The translations under genes and the position numbers were made by a program. Positions 48,160-61,891 of a stretch of 64,000 nucleotides of DNA are shown here, piece by piece (positions within the stretch are counted from its first letter, which is position 1; each line of letters opens with the position of its first letter). Source of the DNA: Pseudogymnoascus verrucosus (Eukaryota); NCBI GenBank assembly GCA_001662655.1, contig KV460225.1; one strand, given 5' to 3'. The notes beneath the pieces were generated by a model. The model searched no databases. It was not told where the DNA came from and worked only from the letters and a program-made list of their open reading frames with translations.

Positions 48160-48272
48160 ACAGACAGGACAGACAGGATAGACAGGATAATAGATAATAG
48201 ACAGGATAGACAGGAGGATAATAGACAGGATAGACAGGATAATAGACAGGATAGACAGGATAGACAGGATAG
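48160..48272. repeat. (TAGACAGGA)n minisatellite
   Basis: About ten imperfect copies seen directly. Confidence 0.85.
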
Positions 48273-48301
48273 TTACGGACATAGGAGTGGAGAATAGATA
48301 T

Positions 48302-48612
48302 TGTACGGACCACCAGCCACCCAGCTCCAGCTACAGGGAGGGACCTCTGCCAGCTCGACCCAGCTACAAGCGTCACGTGGTCGTAACCAATTAGGCGCGG
48401 GGGCGATGCGGTACTAATACGGAGTAGGAGGTAGGCAAGTAAGAGGATTAACAAAGTCAGAGCCATTTCGGGTATTTAAGGAGACCGACCTAGAGAGTCA
48501 CCCCTCTATTCTTTTTGTATCTTTCGTAAGACCTATAGGATAGAATCCAGCATCCCCTTAGACTCGTACTCCCATATGCAACTACTATGAGCTGGGTCCC
48601 TAAGTCCTTACA
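48302..48612 (+). mobile_element. Probable solo LTR, followed by a partial duplicate of its 3' part (48613-48648)
   Basis: Near-inverted termini TGTACGGAC..GTCCTTACA, internal TATTTAA, about 310 bp; no TSD found. Confidence 0.5.
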
Positions 48613-48957
48613 CCCTTAGACGTACACTCCTATATACAACTACTATACCTCTAAATTACTTCCTTTTATTTCTTTTACATTTTTTAGTTATATAACTGTT
48701 TTCAGTTTACAACACTAGGTTATAGTCCTTTGCATATAACTACTATATTAATTTATATGTCATGTGACCTACTCGCTATGGCGCCAGGTTATGGTCGTTT
48801 CGCCGCATCACGTGCATCTTATCACCCTTATCGCCCACACTAGCTACGGCGGGGCCGGGAAAACTGCACAGCTTTTGTAGATTCTCACAAATTTCTTGAG
48901 ACGCAGATAACGAGGGACCATCGATAATTCTCGATTTAGACAAAAAAGAGAGCAAGC

Positions 48958-51900
48958 ATGGCTCAACCCACCGCCACGCCTCTCAATATGTCTCTCGAGG
49001 AGAAACTCGACAAGATTCGCATGCCCAAGCTGCAGAATCAGCAACAGGTATGTTTGGACCAAAGAACTGTACACCCTAGACAGCACACAGGCACTGACCG
49101 CAAATCTCTAGACCGGCGTTGTGCTCAAGGCAGTCGAGGACACCCTCAGAGACCAGAAAACCGATTTCACACCAACCGGCTACTTCGCCGCTCTCCTAGC
49201 CCTCCTACCCCAGGCCATCACCTCCAGCGGCGTCGTCAACAAGGAATTGGCCACCTCCGTCGTCTATCTTCTCGATGTCGTAACGCCCTTCGCGCCAGAG
49301 CCTCTCCTGCGCTCAAAATTCTTGCAAATCCTCACAAACATTGCGCCAGCCCTCTCATTACCCGAAGCCGATGCGCCGCTCCTCAGACCCTCGATTGGAT
49401 GCCTCGAGTCCCTTCTCCTGGCCCAGGATGCCTCGGCGTGGGAGCTTTCTCAGACACAAATCGGACCCCGCCGCGCTATCGCTGGTCTCTTACAATTAGC
49501 CGTTGACCACCGCCCAAAGATCAGAAAGAAGGCCCAGGATGCGATTACGAAGGTGCTGAGGAACCCGCCACCAAGCCCTTCCAGCGATCACCCCGCAGCG
49601 GATATGTGCGCTGAGACGGCGCTGAAGAGCATGTCTGATTTGGCAGCGAAAGCTAGCCAAGCAAAGAAGCAGAGGAAGGGACAAGCCGACGCTGAACATG
49701 AGCCGGCTCTTATCCATTCGCTGCATTTGGTCAAGACAGTCGCAGCGGCTTCTGGAGGATGGCCTAGCAAGAAGATTGAGGCGCTTTGCGAAGTCCTCCT
49801 CAATATCTCCAAGTCTAGCAACGAGTACATGACCATGGCTGCGTTTGAGGTTTTCGAGATTATCTTCCAGGGAATGGCCGAGGACGAGGTTGCCTCTGCG
49901 AAACTCCCAAGACTCTTAGAGGTCATTTCCGAGCTGCGACCATCGCAGAACGACTCCCAGCTTCTCCCACCATGGATTGCTGTTATTTCCAGAGGATACG
50001 ACGTCAGCGCTCAAATTAACCCCGACGAGACCTTTCAGCAGCTGCCTGAGTTATTCACCATGATTTCGGGCTTCATGGCTTCCGCATCACACAATATCCG
50101 GATTTCCGCATCGGAGTGCTTAATGTCCTTCATGGCGAACTGCGTACCCGATACCATTCTCCTTGAGCCGTCCATTTACGACGAGAAAGTCCTGGAGAAG
50201 CTGTCAAAGGCAGCAATCGACTTACTCAGCCTTAAATACCAAACAGCATGGATGGAGTCTTTCAACGTCTTTGGCGCCATGTTTGACAGCTTGAGATGGC
50301 GCTCTGACCCCATCCTGAGAGAGGTGGTCAAGACTGTTGGCGATCTTCGTGGCAACAACTCCTTCTCCGGAAAGAAGGAAGCCGACGAGGTTCTTGGCAA
50401 GGCGATCCGTGCTATGGGCCCCGAGGCCGTTCTGTCCATCTTGCCGCTCAACCTGGCAAAGCCAGTCCCTGGCCAGCCCGGAAGAGCTTGGATGTTCCCT
50501 ATCCTCAGAGACTTTGTTAGCAACACCAAGCTCCAGCACTTCAGAGATGAGCTCTTGCCATTGAGCGAGGTCATGTTCCAGAGGGTGTTGGATAACGGTG
50601 ATGCCGAGAGGACTATGGAGATTAAGATTTTCGATACCTTGGTGAAGCAGATCTGGGCTACCCTGCCTGGCTACTGTGACCTGCCATTGGATCTGACCGA
50701 GGCCATGGATCAAAAGTTCGCTGAGATCCTGTCTACTCTTCTTTACACTCAAGTGGACCTCCGATCTGATGTCTGCAAAGCACTGCAGACATTGGTCGAG
50801 TCGAACCAGGTTATTGCCGCAATTGAGGAGGAAGATGACTTGGTTCTCCAGTCCCGAGTCTCCAAGGCCGTGGCACAGAAGAACCTTGAGCACCTGTCTG
50901 GCTTTGCCGGCAACATGCTCGCTGTTCTCTTCAACGTCTACAGTCAGACGCTGCCACAGTTCAGAGGATACATCCTCAAGTGTATCAATGCCTATCTTAG
51001 CATTACCCCACCTGCCGAGCTGATGGAGACATTCCAGCGTGTTACCACTGCGCTCGAAGGTTCCCTCGCCGAGAGTGTTGCAAAGACCCAAGCTGAGAAG
51101 CAGAAGCAAAAGCAGCAAAACAACGAAGACAAGATGCCCCAGACAAGCCACACTCTTATGGATCTTGTTATCACCATCTCTGTATACCTTCCTCGCGAGA
51201 GCTTCATCACCCTTTTCAACATTTCCTCCCTCATTATCGTTAAGGACGATGACCCGCAACTCCAAAAGAAGGCATACAAGCTCATCCCAAGGCTCGCCGA
51301 GTCGGAAACCGGCAAGGCCGCCCTCCAAGAGCGCAGCGCTGAGCTGCAACAGCTCCTACTAAGCAGCTCCGAGAAGGTTTCCCCACCAGCGAAACGTGAC
51401 CGCCTCACAGCCATCACAACACTCATCCCCTTCCTCCCCACCGACTCCCTCCACTTCATCCCCTCCATCCTCTCCGAAGTCGTCATCTCCTGCAAAGAGA
51501 CCAACGAGCGCGCGCGCACTGCCGCCTTTGACCTCCTAATCCTCATGGGCGAGAAGATCGTCTCCTCCTCCGGCGCCACCATCCACAACAGCAAAGTCGC
51601 GCACATGCCCGACGACGCCCCCTCTGCCACCGCCAACCTCGAAGAGTACTTCACCATGGTCAGCGCCGGCCTCGCGGGTAGCACACCACACATGGTCTCC
51701 GCCTCCATCACCGCGCTCACCCGCATCCTGTACCACTTCCGCGAGCAGCTCAGCGCAGAGACCCTCACCGATCTCGTCCAGACAATGGACCTCTTCCTCA
51801 CCTCCAACAACCGCGAGATTGTGCGCAGCGTCCTCGGTTTCGTAAAGGTCTGCGTCATCAGCTTGCCGCTCGCGCTCATGACGCCCCGCCTCGAGACTCT

Positions 51901-52828
51901 GATCCCCAACCTCATGGTCTGGAGCCACGAGCACAAGGCCCAGTTCAAAGCCAAGGTGAAGCACATCCTCGAGCGCATGATGCGCCGCTTCGGCGTCGAC
52001 GTCGTCACCAAGTTCTGTCCCGAGGAGGACCGCAAGCTCATCGCCAACATCCGCAAGACGAAGGAGCGGAACAAGAGGCATAAGGATGCTGCTAAGGCGG
52101 CTGGCGAGGACGATGACGAGGATAAGCAGCAGCGCAAGGGCAGGTTCGAGAGCGAGTACGATGAGGCGCTGCAGGATAGCGATAGTGAGGGCTCGGATGT
52201 CTCGGATAATGAGGTGCTTGGTAAGAGCAGCAAGAAGCGTCGTGCTGAGGAGAAGGGCGGGAAGAGCTATATCGTTGAGGATGAGGAGGAGCCGCTTGAT
52301 CTGCTGGATCGTAGGGCGCTGGCGAATATCTCTAGCACGAAGCCTTTGAGGCAGCGCGCTGCGGCTGGGAGGAAGGCTGCGAAGACGGATTTGGATGGGA
52401 AGTTGGTCTTTGGAGAGGATAGTGATGAGGATGATAAGATGGTCATTGATACTGGTGATAAGGATGAGGAGGGTGGAGTTGGAGCGTATGTCAACGCTCT
52501 TAAGGGCAGAGATGCCGCGCAGAGGGGTAGAGGTGGAAAGCTGAAGTTCAGCAATAAGAGGGATAAGAATGACGATGAAATGGACGTTGACGATGAAGAT
52601 ATCCAGCAGGTGAAGAAGCAGATTGGCGGTGACCGCAGGGATTCAAGGGGAGGTGGCCGAGGCCGCGGCGGAGACCGTGGTGGACGTGGTAGTGGACGCG
52701 GAGGATTCCCACAGAGGAGAGGCCTTGGAGAGGAGAAGAGGAGCGGGCCTTCTGGTGATGGTGGACGGGTTATGAAGAGCCCCAGGGGAAGGGGCGGCCG
52801 TGGTGGTGGCAGAGGTGGAAGGAGATAG
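48958..52828 (+). CDS. RRP12: Ribosome biogenesis HEAT/NUC173 protein Rrp12; intron 49048-49111
   Basis: DHRPKIRKKAQ, QIWATLPGYCDLP, SNNREIVRSVLGFVKV, EPLDLLD motifs and RGG tail. Confidence 0.95.
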
Positions 52829-53298
52829 GTGTAGATGATGACGGTGCTTTTAGTTATGCTGGGAAAAATATCAAGGGTTCTTATGATGCTTATATGTAGA
52901 AATTATCTATATTTTAAATTGATCGAACTCAATGGCACAGAGTGCTTCATGAATATGTTTTCCGTATGGTGATGTGACGCCCCTAATGATGAATGATGTT
53001 TGCTACCCACAGGAATGCATGGTTTGTGATGATATGGAGTTCAGATCCATTTCAAGGTCGTCTTGTTATGTTACAGTCTATACATATACAGTACAAGTTC
53101 CCAAACGCCGTTGCTGTGCTCTGCAATATGTGTACACGAGACTTTTCCTCCCTGTTGTCCCCCAAGGTTGACATCCCTCCACTCTGCCAATTCGACTGTC
53201 GTCCATCTTCCTGCCCCGGCGCTCATCACAGTGACTTCAAACAATACTGTTCTCCGCATGCACCGTCCTTCCCATTATATTCCCCCTTCATCCCCCTT

Positions 53299-53559
53299 TC
53301 ACCTCGGCACCGCCCTCTCGATAAAGAACCCAGGATCCGGCCGCCTCTCCGCACTCAGCTCATCCTTCGTCTTCGCCTCCGCAACCTCCTCCACCTTCAC
53401 CAACTCCTTAACTTTCATAATTTGACCAGCGACATCGTGCGAAACGGGGTAGAAGACCGTCTTCATGCGTCTTCGGAGACCGAGGGCCTTAAGGACGCCC
53501 TGTGTGCGCTTTGGCAGCCCGATGGCAGAGCGCATGAGCGTAATGCGGAAGAACGACAT
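53299..53559 (-). CDS. MRPL33: Mitochondrial ribosomal protein uL30m
   Basis: [30 protein letters not shown]; probable 5' UTR intron upstream. Confidence 0.92.
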   Translation of the reverse strand: MSFFRITLMRSAIGLPKRTQGVLKALGLRRRMKTVFYPVSHDVAGQIMKVKELVKVEEVAEAKTKDELSAERRPDPGFFIERAVPR

Positions 53560-53864
53560 CGTGTTGATCTGTAACAATGAAGTCAGTCTAAGCCGATTGG
53601 CAGGGTTGGAGAGGGCTGCGGCGTACTGTGGGATTCGTTGCGATATTTGGCTTGAGGCTTCAAAAGTCGAGATGTCGCGAAATACACTTTTTGGTCCTCC
53701 GTCCCGTGGTCACGTGCACAGTGGGACCCGAAACTGGCACCCCTGTAGGTACATGCCCCACGACAGCTATGGTGGACAACAAGTACGACTTCAACGATCG
53801 CAGCGCATGGGCAACGCAAATTGACGGCAAAGAAAAGCCATGATAAGACGTTAGAATCGCCACC

Positions 53865-56126
53865 ATGGATACAATTGACAGCACGGCGGTGAAGCTCACC
53901 GAGCTCCTCCGGCACCCCGAAGACCTCGACAAGATCCCCGCCCTCAAATCCGAGTTCACGCGCAAGAAGGCCGCCTTCGACTCCCAGCTGCGGATTGGCC
54001 TCAAGGAGCAATTGGAGGTCACGCAGGCGGGGATGAATAATATCACGGATGGCCAGCGTACGGTTCAGGCGATCAAGGAGGAGATGATGAAGATTGACAA
54101 GCTGTGCGCGGAGGCGCAGGATATGATCCATGATTTCCCCAACATCAATCTCGTCTCGCAAACACATCGGAACTTTAGTGCGGTGGAGGAGATGATGCAG
54201 AATCTGGAGGGGTTTAAGGAGAGGTTGGATCGTGTGGGGTACATGTTGCAGCAGGACGAGGAGGACGAGGAGAATATGCCGAATCTGCTGAATGTTCATT
54301 ATGAGCTGACTAGGCTAAGGAATATTCGCGATGATGCTATGGAGCAGATTCAGAGGGCCGAGGATGCGAGTTTTCAGGGAGACTTGGAGACGCTATTTGG
54401 GGACTTGGATGATATCATTGAGATGTTTGATGAGCATATTGGCAAGATTGCGCTGAATCTTATCAATATCCTGATCAGTGGGAATAACGCTATGGTGGTG
54501 CGGCTTGCGGTTATTATCGAGGCGGAAGAGAAGAGCGATAAGATGGTGATTGCTTTACAAGAGGCGCTGAAGGACCACAAGGAGATTGCCGCCAGGTTTC
54601 AGGGCATTACGGATGGAGCGAAACAGACCAGAGGGTACAAGGACAAGTTCTTGCAGGCAATCCGGATACACGCCGAGCAGAATATGTCAGAGAGCCAAGA
54701 GACATTCCTCGACGATTCGACAAAGATTGAGAAGAGCATGCGTTGGTTCTTCAATGACCTAAATGCCGTCAAACAGGGCATGGTTCCCCTAATGCCGAAG
54801 AAATGGAAGATCTTCCAGACATACGGCAAGATCTACCACAGCGTAATGCACGACTTCCTCATCGGAATGGTGGACGACCCCGAGACCAGCTCCTCCCATA
54901 TGCTCGCCATCCTCAACTGGCCAGAGAAGTACTACGTCAAGATGCAAAAGCTCGGCTTCCGCGCCGACGAGCTGAGCCCTCACGTCATCGACTCTCGTGA
55001 AACGGAACTTGTGAAGGACTTCCGCCAGCTCATCATCCGCTTCCTCGATGAGTGGATCAGCCGCATCGCGCAGTCCGAGAAGCGCGACTTTGCTGACCGC
55101 AGCACTGATGGCGCAAACCTCGATACCGATGAGTTTGGCTACTTCCGTACTCGCAATCTTGTCGATCTGTGGCGCATGCTGCGCGAGCAGACTGATGCCG
55201 CAGGTAACAGCGAGCGCACCGACGTCGTAGAAGGTGTTATCGACACCATGTTCCAGCGCCTCAAGACGCGCCAGGTCGCATGGCAGAAGATGCTCGATGA
55301 CGAAGCGGACAAATACACTGGCGCAAATCCCGACATGGAAGGTTTCCAAGCTCTACAAGATTGGCTCGTAGCAACCGCCAACGACCAAATCGCCTGTATA
55401 GACGACAACGAAGAAGCCGGCCGCTTCGGCTACCTCACCTCCTTTCGCGAGAAGCTCGCCCCCCTCGTCTCCTCCGCCTACCTCTCCCACGCCGACGCCG
55501 AAATCGCCTCCCTCCGCGACGGCTACGTCGACCTCTCCACACACTGCATCTCCACCTTCGCGCAACTAATCCTCCGCGTCGACTTCCGCACCGTGATGCC
55601 CGAATTCTTCACGCCGAAATGGTACACCACAACCGCTATGAAGCAAATCGTCGTCACATTCGAAGAATACGTCGGGGACTACAAACTCGTCCTCCACCAC
55701 TCCCTCCTCGACATCCTCATCGAAGAAATGTCCGACGCCCTCCTCGTCGCCTACCTCGGCTGCGTCCGCAACCGCGGCGCCAAGTTCCGCCGCCAGGAGC
55801 CCTTCCAAGATAAGCTCTTCGAGGACGTCAGCACGGTGTTCGAGTTCTTCACTAGCTTCCCCAGCCCGGACGTCGCGGATATCATTAAGACGAAGTGGCG
55901 CGTTACTGAGCCGTTCAGCCAGCTCCTCCTTGCGGATAAGGCGTCCGTGCCGGATGTGTTTGAGGGGTTTAAAACGGATTACTGGGATTTGCAGCTTAGT
56001 TGGGTGGAGGCGGTGTTGCGATCGAGAGATGATTTCGATAGGGCGTTGCTGAATAGCGTTAAGGCGCGCGCGGCGCAGATGGAGATCAACAGGGGACAGG
56101 AAACGATTATGAGTAAAGTGAAATAG
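53865..56126 (+). CDS. SEC6: Exocyst subunit Sec6
   Basis: LLRHPEDLDKI, MPNLL.VHYEL, ATANDQIAC and WVEAVLRSRDD motifs; ends TIMSKVK. Confidence 0.95.
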   Translation: MDTIDSTAVKLTELLRHPEDLDKIPALKSEFTRKKAAFDSQLRIGLKEQLEVTQAGMNNITDGQRTVQAIKEEMMKIDKLCAEAQDMIHDFPNINLVSQTHRNFSAVEEMMQNLEGFKERLDRVGYMLQQDEEDEENMPNLLNVHYELTRLRNIRDDAMEQIQRAEDASFQGDLETLFGDLDDIIEMFDEHIGKIALNLINILISGNNAMVVRLAVIIEAEEKSDKMVIALQEALKDHKEIAARFQGITDGAKQTRGYKDKFLQAIRIHAEQNMSESQETFLDDSTKIEKSMRWFFNDLNAVKQGMVPLMPKKWKIFQTYGKIYHSVMHDFLIGMVDDPETSSSHMLAILNWPEKYYVKMQKLGFRADELSPHVIDSRETELVKDFRQLIIRFLDEWISRIAQSEKRDFADRSTDGANLDTDEFGYFRTRNLVDLWRMLREQTDAAGNSERTDVVEGVIDTMFQRLKTRQVAWQKMLDDEADKYTGANPDMEGFQALQDWLVATANDQIACIDDNEEAGRFGYLTSFREKLAPLVSSAYLSHADAEIASLRDGYVDLSTHCISTFAQLILRVDFRTVMPEFFTPKWYTTTAMKQIVVTFEEYVGDYKLVLHHSLLDILIEEMSDALLVAYLGCVRNRGAKFRRQEPFQDKLFEDVSTVFEFFTSFPSPDVADIIKTKWRVTEPFSQLLLADKASVPDVFEGFKTDYWDLQLSWVEAVLRSRDDFDRALLNSVKARAAQMEINRGQETIMSKVK

Positions 56127-56428
56127 AGGGAAGAGTAGTGTTATTTTGACGGCAGCGAGGCGTTGGGGTTGGTTGGGTAGCCACGGCAGTGGCTTCGCAT
56201 TATAGGAGTCTTGAGATTTTGTATACGGAGAAGTGCTTGATCACAAAAAGCAGATTTATAAGTGGTTAAATAAATTTCTTGACAAAGCAAACTATTTTTG
56301 ACTATCTGAACATATGTTTCCAAAAATCAACACAACCCCGTGACTATAATATTGCCAATTGCCACCCCACCCGCCGTGCCCCTGAGCTCTCCTGGCTCCC
56401 TTTCCCCCACCATAACCGTCCCAACATT

Positions 56429-59400
56429 CTAATACTCAGACTCCACCCCCGGCTCCCTCCCCTCAAGCTTCCACTTCCCAATCGTCTTCTTCACCGCAAA
56501 CTTCGTCTCATCCTTCGCGAACTGCAAATTCCTCATCGGCTTCCACTGCATCAACCCCCTCTGTTTCCGATGCAAATCCTTCACATCAGCCTTCGTCTGC
56601 ACCTCCCCACCATCCGCCGGCCCCTCCAACTCCCTCGACGTCGTCGTCGCATCCTGAAGCCCTAAATCGCTATCATCGCTATCCTCATCATCGTACGTAT
56701 ACTCGCTACTGCGACCCCCGCCCGTACTAGGCCGTCCACTCTGCCCCGTACTAGGCCGCCCGTCATAGCTGTCTCCCTGCGCGCTCCTCGCGCCACGATA
56801 ATCAACGAACTTCGACGGGTCCTCGCCGAATGCACCGCTCCAGTCCGTCCCGTCTTTCGAGAGCCACTTCTTCTTGTCGTCCTCGTCGGCCTGTGATAGC
56901 ACATCTCGGCCCTGAGTTAGGCTCTGATCATGCAGCTGCTGCACCGCGGGTGGCATCTCCTTGGAAACATGTGTCGTGCGCACACCCTCCGCATGGCACG
57001 CCTCCCACGTCTCCTGCGTCTCGCGGGTATCATTATCACACACGAAGTGCGCGTGGTCCTCATCCGTACCAGCCTTAAAGCAGCAGCGGAACTGCAGACG
57101 CCCAACCTCCTCAATCTTGATGTCAGGGATACTATTAAAGTTCTCCTCCGTGATATAATTCTGCGTCAACCGCATCCCCTTATCTGTCTTCCAGATCGGG
57201 ATATTGATCGCCTCCTCGCGGTTATCCTCAAGATGATGCAACCAAATCACCGCATACGCGTCCACCGAGCGGCTGCCCGATTTGCGAAACTCGAAGACGA
57301 TGGGGGAGCGGTAGCGGTACTTGACTGGGAGACGCACATTGCTCTTGCCACCCTTCCTGGCGAGGTCCCAGAACACGCCGTCGCCCTCGGCGAGCTTCTG
57401 GCAGTGCGAGCGCCCGATTCGGCCGGTGCTGCCGCCGGTGCGCATCTTTAGCTTCGCGCTGGATTGGTAGCCGATTGCGATTATCTTGGGCGAGCGAAAC
57501 TCGAAGGTGCCGACGTCCCAGCCTAGTTGGTTGATTGGGAGTTTTGTCTCGACGCTCCGGAAGAGGAGGGAGATGCGAATACGGCCGAATCCGATGCCGC
57601 CATCCAGAGGATACCATCTTGTGACCTGGGAGCTTGTTTGGAGAATGTCCGACAACTTCAGTGGTACGACGCCCAGAATAGGGTCGTGCTGCCTCATCCG
57701 TTGATCTCTAACAGTAACAGTGATGATTCCGGATCTCCAGTCCCTCATGAAGCGCTCAGTACCAGCGTTGAAGATGGGCTTGCTGCTAACGACCTTTGCA
57801 CGCGTACGGTAGACCTATAACTGGTTAGTAATCTGCTACAACCATATTGAAAGGTCTCACTTACGAGTTCATCGTTATACAAGATCGTACAGTAACTGCT
57901 TGGAAGCCTCTTGCCCTCCTCCTCTTTCGTTTCTCCACTCTCAACAGCGGGTTCGAATTCTCGTCCCTTCCTGTTGCCATTGCTGCCCTGGGTATTCTCC
58001 AACTCGAGATTGACAATTTGGTGGATAATAACACTGCAAACACCACTTGGCCACAATGGGTCAGGAGGAGTGTGAACAACAGCATCTTCCTCTGGGTTAT
58101 CCAAGGATCCCTTCTCGTCTTGCAATGCTGGGTTGTCTTTCAGACTATCAGGAAGGTTAATATCCTTCCCATGAGTTCTGAGAGCAGGACGCATTTGAGG
58201 CTTGGAAAAGTACCCAACCTCCCACATCAGTTCACCGGGCATCGAACTCTCGGCCTTTGTACCGCGGAGTTTGGATACCTGTGGGTACATCTTGCCAGGG
58301 TGCTGGATCATCTTCTGCATGGAAATTTCGACCTTTCCAACGACATCATCGGCGGTGGATCGATCCGAGTCCCACAGTTCCATTGACAGCTGCTCATCAG
58401 CCTTGATGAGGTCAGGGGTAACCAGAAGAGCGCATGTCTCCTCCCAGACAGGGTTAAGGTCGTCTTGGATAACGCGGGTGCAGTACATTGGCTTGCCGTA
58501 CTTGGAGAAGCTGACAGTAATGTAAGGATCACTTCCGCCGCCTTCACTGCCTCGGCGGTCCTGTTTGCTAAGACCAGTTGCCTTGTGGATCCTAATCCAG
58601 AGGATGCCGAGTGCTTCGACATCTTTCTGGATGTCGTCGCCCTGGAGCATCTTGGCCATATCGAGCGTCATAGACTTTGGAGCAACATACTCAGCTGCCG
58701 CCGCTCCAATAGCGTAGTTGACAAATTTCGAGATGAGAGGCAGATTTAAAATATTAACGTTCGACTCGAGCATTGGCATACAACCGGCTTGGACCTTTGG
58801 AAGGCCCATAAGCGTAAATGTGAGAGCCTTGAGGAATGGTGGCTCGGGAGACATTTGAAGGCGCAGGCGAACAGTGCCAACAAGACCTTGAAGTTCGACC
58901 CAAATCGGCAGAGGAACACCGAACAAGCCTTTAATTCCGAGGTAGAAGACGAGCTCCATATGCATGTTTTTCGCCTTTGATGAGACTCCCTTTCCGGTTG
59001 GCTTGGCATGGTACGCAAAGGAGCATTCGATATTGTAGTAGTCTCCGCCCTCTTCATCCGCCGCAACTTCCTGGGGATCCTTTTTCTCGGCGTTTTGTCT
59101 GTGGATGTCATCCTTCAACTCCTCTACGTGATGATCAGGTAGAGCTCTAAGACTCAGGATTCGGATTGGGTTGCTGCCCTGGTTGATTTCGGCGACTCGG
59201 ACATTCTCGATGATGCCGGGAACAGAGGCTTGCATGACATCCTCGAGAGTATCAGCCACACTGGCAAACATCTCTGGGTCAATCAGGCCCCAAACGACGC
59301 CGAGTAAAGTATTCATCCACTCGACTGACTCTGGGATTAGATTTGCGACGGCTGTCTCGCCCCGCTCTTGCTCGCTCGCCCACTCTTGGTCCCTCCCAGC

Positions 59401-60051
59401 CCGTAGCACAGCCTTCATCCACAGGAAGATGCCTGAAGAGACACACATGCCCAGCGGGATAAGACCATAAAGTGCTCCCCCAAACATCTTTCCCAGTATC
59501 ACAATGCCTACAAGCACGCCAATACATAGTATTTCAGTCCGTTTCTCCAGCGCCTCAAACATTGGCTCGTAACTGATCGAAGGCGTTGGATGGAAGAGGA
59601 TGTTCGTCATTTCACCTTTGATGGGCACATCAGAGGTGCTGCCTGGGTGGATAGGATCTGGCGGCGCCGTAACATCTTGGGCGTGTTTGTATTCTTCGCC
59701 AGATTGAGTGTGGTGGCTTTGCATCGTCGTCGGTTTCCCAAGATTCGCATTGGGCACGGAGAGCTTCGGATTGAGCGCTGCGTCCATGAAGTTGTCATCG
59801 ACGTCCTCAATCTGCACCTGCCGGCCAGTTGTCGGATCCGTCACTCTCTTCCTGGAGCTTGTAGGCTCTGAAGTTCGCTTGTTCTTGTGTGCCTGGACCT
59901 CGCCTGATTGCGCTTGCTGCTGTGCTATCATTTGTGCATCGCGAGCCTTCTTATCCTTGTCCATGTTCTCAACGAACCTCTGGATGTTGGGCACTGGGTT
60001 GCGACCAGAGTAATGCCCCCCAGGCCCGAACTTCGCGTCGCCGGACGACAT
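56429..60051 (-). CDS. SMP and C2 domain membrane-tether protein (Mug190/tricalbin-like); intron 57815-57864
   Basis: TM hairpin, PESVEWMN SMP start, C2 motifs SDPYITV and ELWDSDR, C-terminal RGLMQWKPMRN. Confidence 0.9.
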
Positions 60052-60966
60052 GGTGAAGGTGGCGATATCCTATCAGTATAGGATAGTTTCAATGGAGCTA
60101 CTTTTCGGGATTGAAGCAGCTCCCAATTGCAAAGGTGGTTCCGTCACTCTTTTGACCTGAGTTTCTCATATGATGGCCCGCCAGCAGTTTAAAGAACGCG
60201 TCTATACTGTGATAAATGGAAAGAAAGAATAGAGAAACAGAAGAGCAGGAATTGAAGGCCACTAAATGCCCTAACTGCGGTTCCTTAACAATACAGGCTT
60301 CTTGTAAGGGATCCTGCTGCTGCCATAGGTGAATTGCCAAGTTGCTTCACTGGTTCGCTGCGTGGGGTTGGATCAGGGCCTTGTGACGTCATACCCACTC
60401 CTCCAAGCTTCAGAATATTTTGAGCCACAGCACGATAACAGTCTTTCAAGCGATAAAGCCAGGATAAACTAGGGATAAAGCCACCGGTCTGTGGCTTATG
60501 TCTCACTAAAAGTCACAATAGTCTCGTTAAATATGGAGAATTGATCCAGAAAATGATCCAGAACGGACCAAAAAGAGTAACTTTGGTTTCGGCTTTGCGA
60601 GGTTGGAAAATTTCCGCATTGAGTAATCCAAAATGGAGCGCTTGTGATGAACCAGGCATTGGATCGCCGATCTTTTCCCCAGTTCCTGGTGTATTTGCGT
60701 CATTGCAACAACGACAACAAACCAAGCAAAGCCTCAAAACTACACGAGTGAGGGACATGAGTAAGGTAAGTTAAGGGTATCAGTAGTTTACAATTCTCTA
60801 TGCTCTACCGCCCTTTTCCTAACACTGTTATATAGTTCATATATATATACAAGGTCGAATTGAGATTTGAGATTACCACGAGACGCCGCCCAATGTAAAA
60901 CCGCTGCGAAGCCCATCAATGCCGCTCTATATCATACACTTAGTTGCATAGTGAAACAGCTCCTGC

Positions 60967-61891
60967 TCATGTCACAGCCAGTGGCGACAGCTGGCCGTTC
61001 TTGCCATATCTAGCTTCTACACAGAATATTAGCCTCGTCCACATCAAATATAACCCCCCTCATCCCAAAGGAAGACTCACTGAAGAACGTATAACTCAGC
61101 GTCACCTGCTCAATCCCCTTCATGTTCGGGTCATTCACAAACTCCGGATCAATATAGAAGAACACCGGCATATCGACCGTCTCGCCAGCATTCAACCGCT
61201 GCTCCTCGAAGCAGAAACACTGGATCTTGCTGAAATGCGGCGCCACCTGCCCAGGCGTCACACTGTACGTCGCTACCCCAATGATATCCTCCGACGACTT
61301 GTTCGTCGCAGTGTAGAACGCCAGAGCCGTCTCGCCGGGAAGAACTCGCACCTCGCGCTGCTGCGGTGTGAAGCTCCATGGCAACACATCGGAGACCGAG
61401 CCGTTGAAGGTAACCCGGATACGCTTGGCGCCCACGACGGGCCGGAGCGATTTCGAGGGGTCGTCCGTATTATGCGCAGCAGATTTAATGGGCTGTCCAC
61501 CAAAGCCAGTCGTTGCGCAGATCTAAAACGAGGAGGTCAGCCTATACCCCGTGTCAATCCCTCGGGAGTAAAGTAAACCCACCATCTTATACAACGGCAC
61601 AGAGCCGTACGAAAGCGCGACCGTCCCCAAAATAATACTCAGCGTATAAAACCTGCACCCACACAGTCAGTAAACCGCCCAACCCACCCAGCAACAGGTA
61701 ACCACATACATAGTCGAGGTATTCTTCTTCGCAAACGGCGCCCTCATCTGCTCCATCGTCGGCGCCGAATTGCTGGCCCCCCGCGGCTTCGACTCCCCAG
61801 AGATCCCTCTCACGGGCCGCCGGATCGGCGTCCGCGTGCACGATCGCAGCGCGCTGGCGGCATTCCGAAGCCCGAGTCTTGGGGCGTTCAT
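60967..61891 (-). CDS. COX11: Cytochrome c oxidase copper chaperone Cox11; exons 61891-61710, 61652-61583, 61522-61081, 61016-60967
   Basis: YGSVPLYKMIC..TGFGG, KIQCFCFEEQ and TLSYTFF motifs. Confidence 0.95.

Noticed and set aside
36100..48760. Intact Starship element
   Set aside because: No tyrosine-recombinase captain gene or terminal direct repeats identified
50222..52233. Long antisense ORFs (375 and 413 aa) over RRP12
   Set aside because: Shadow ORFs expected from biased codon usage on the coding strand; no recognisable motifs
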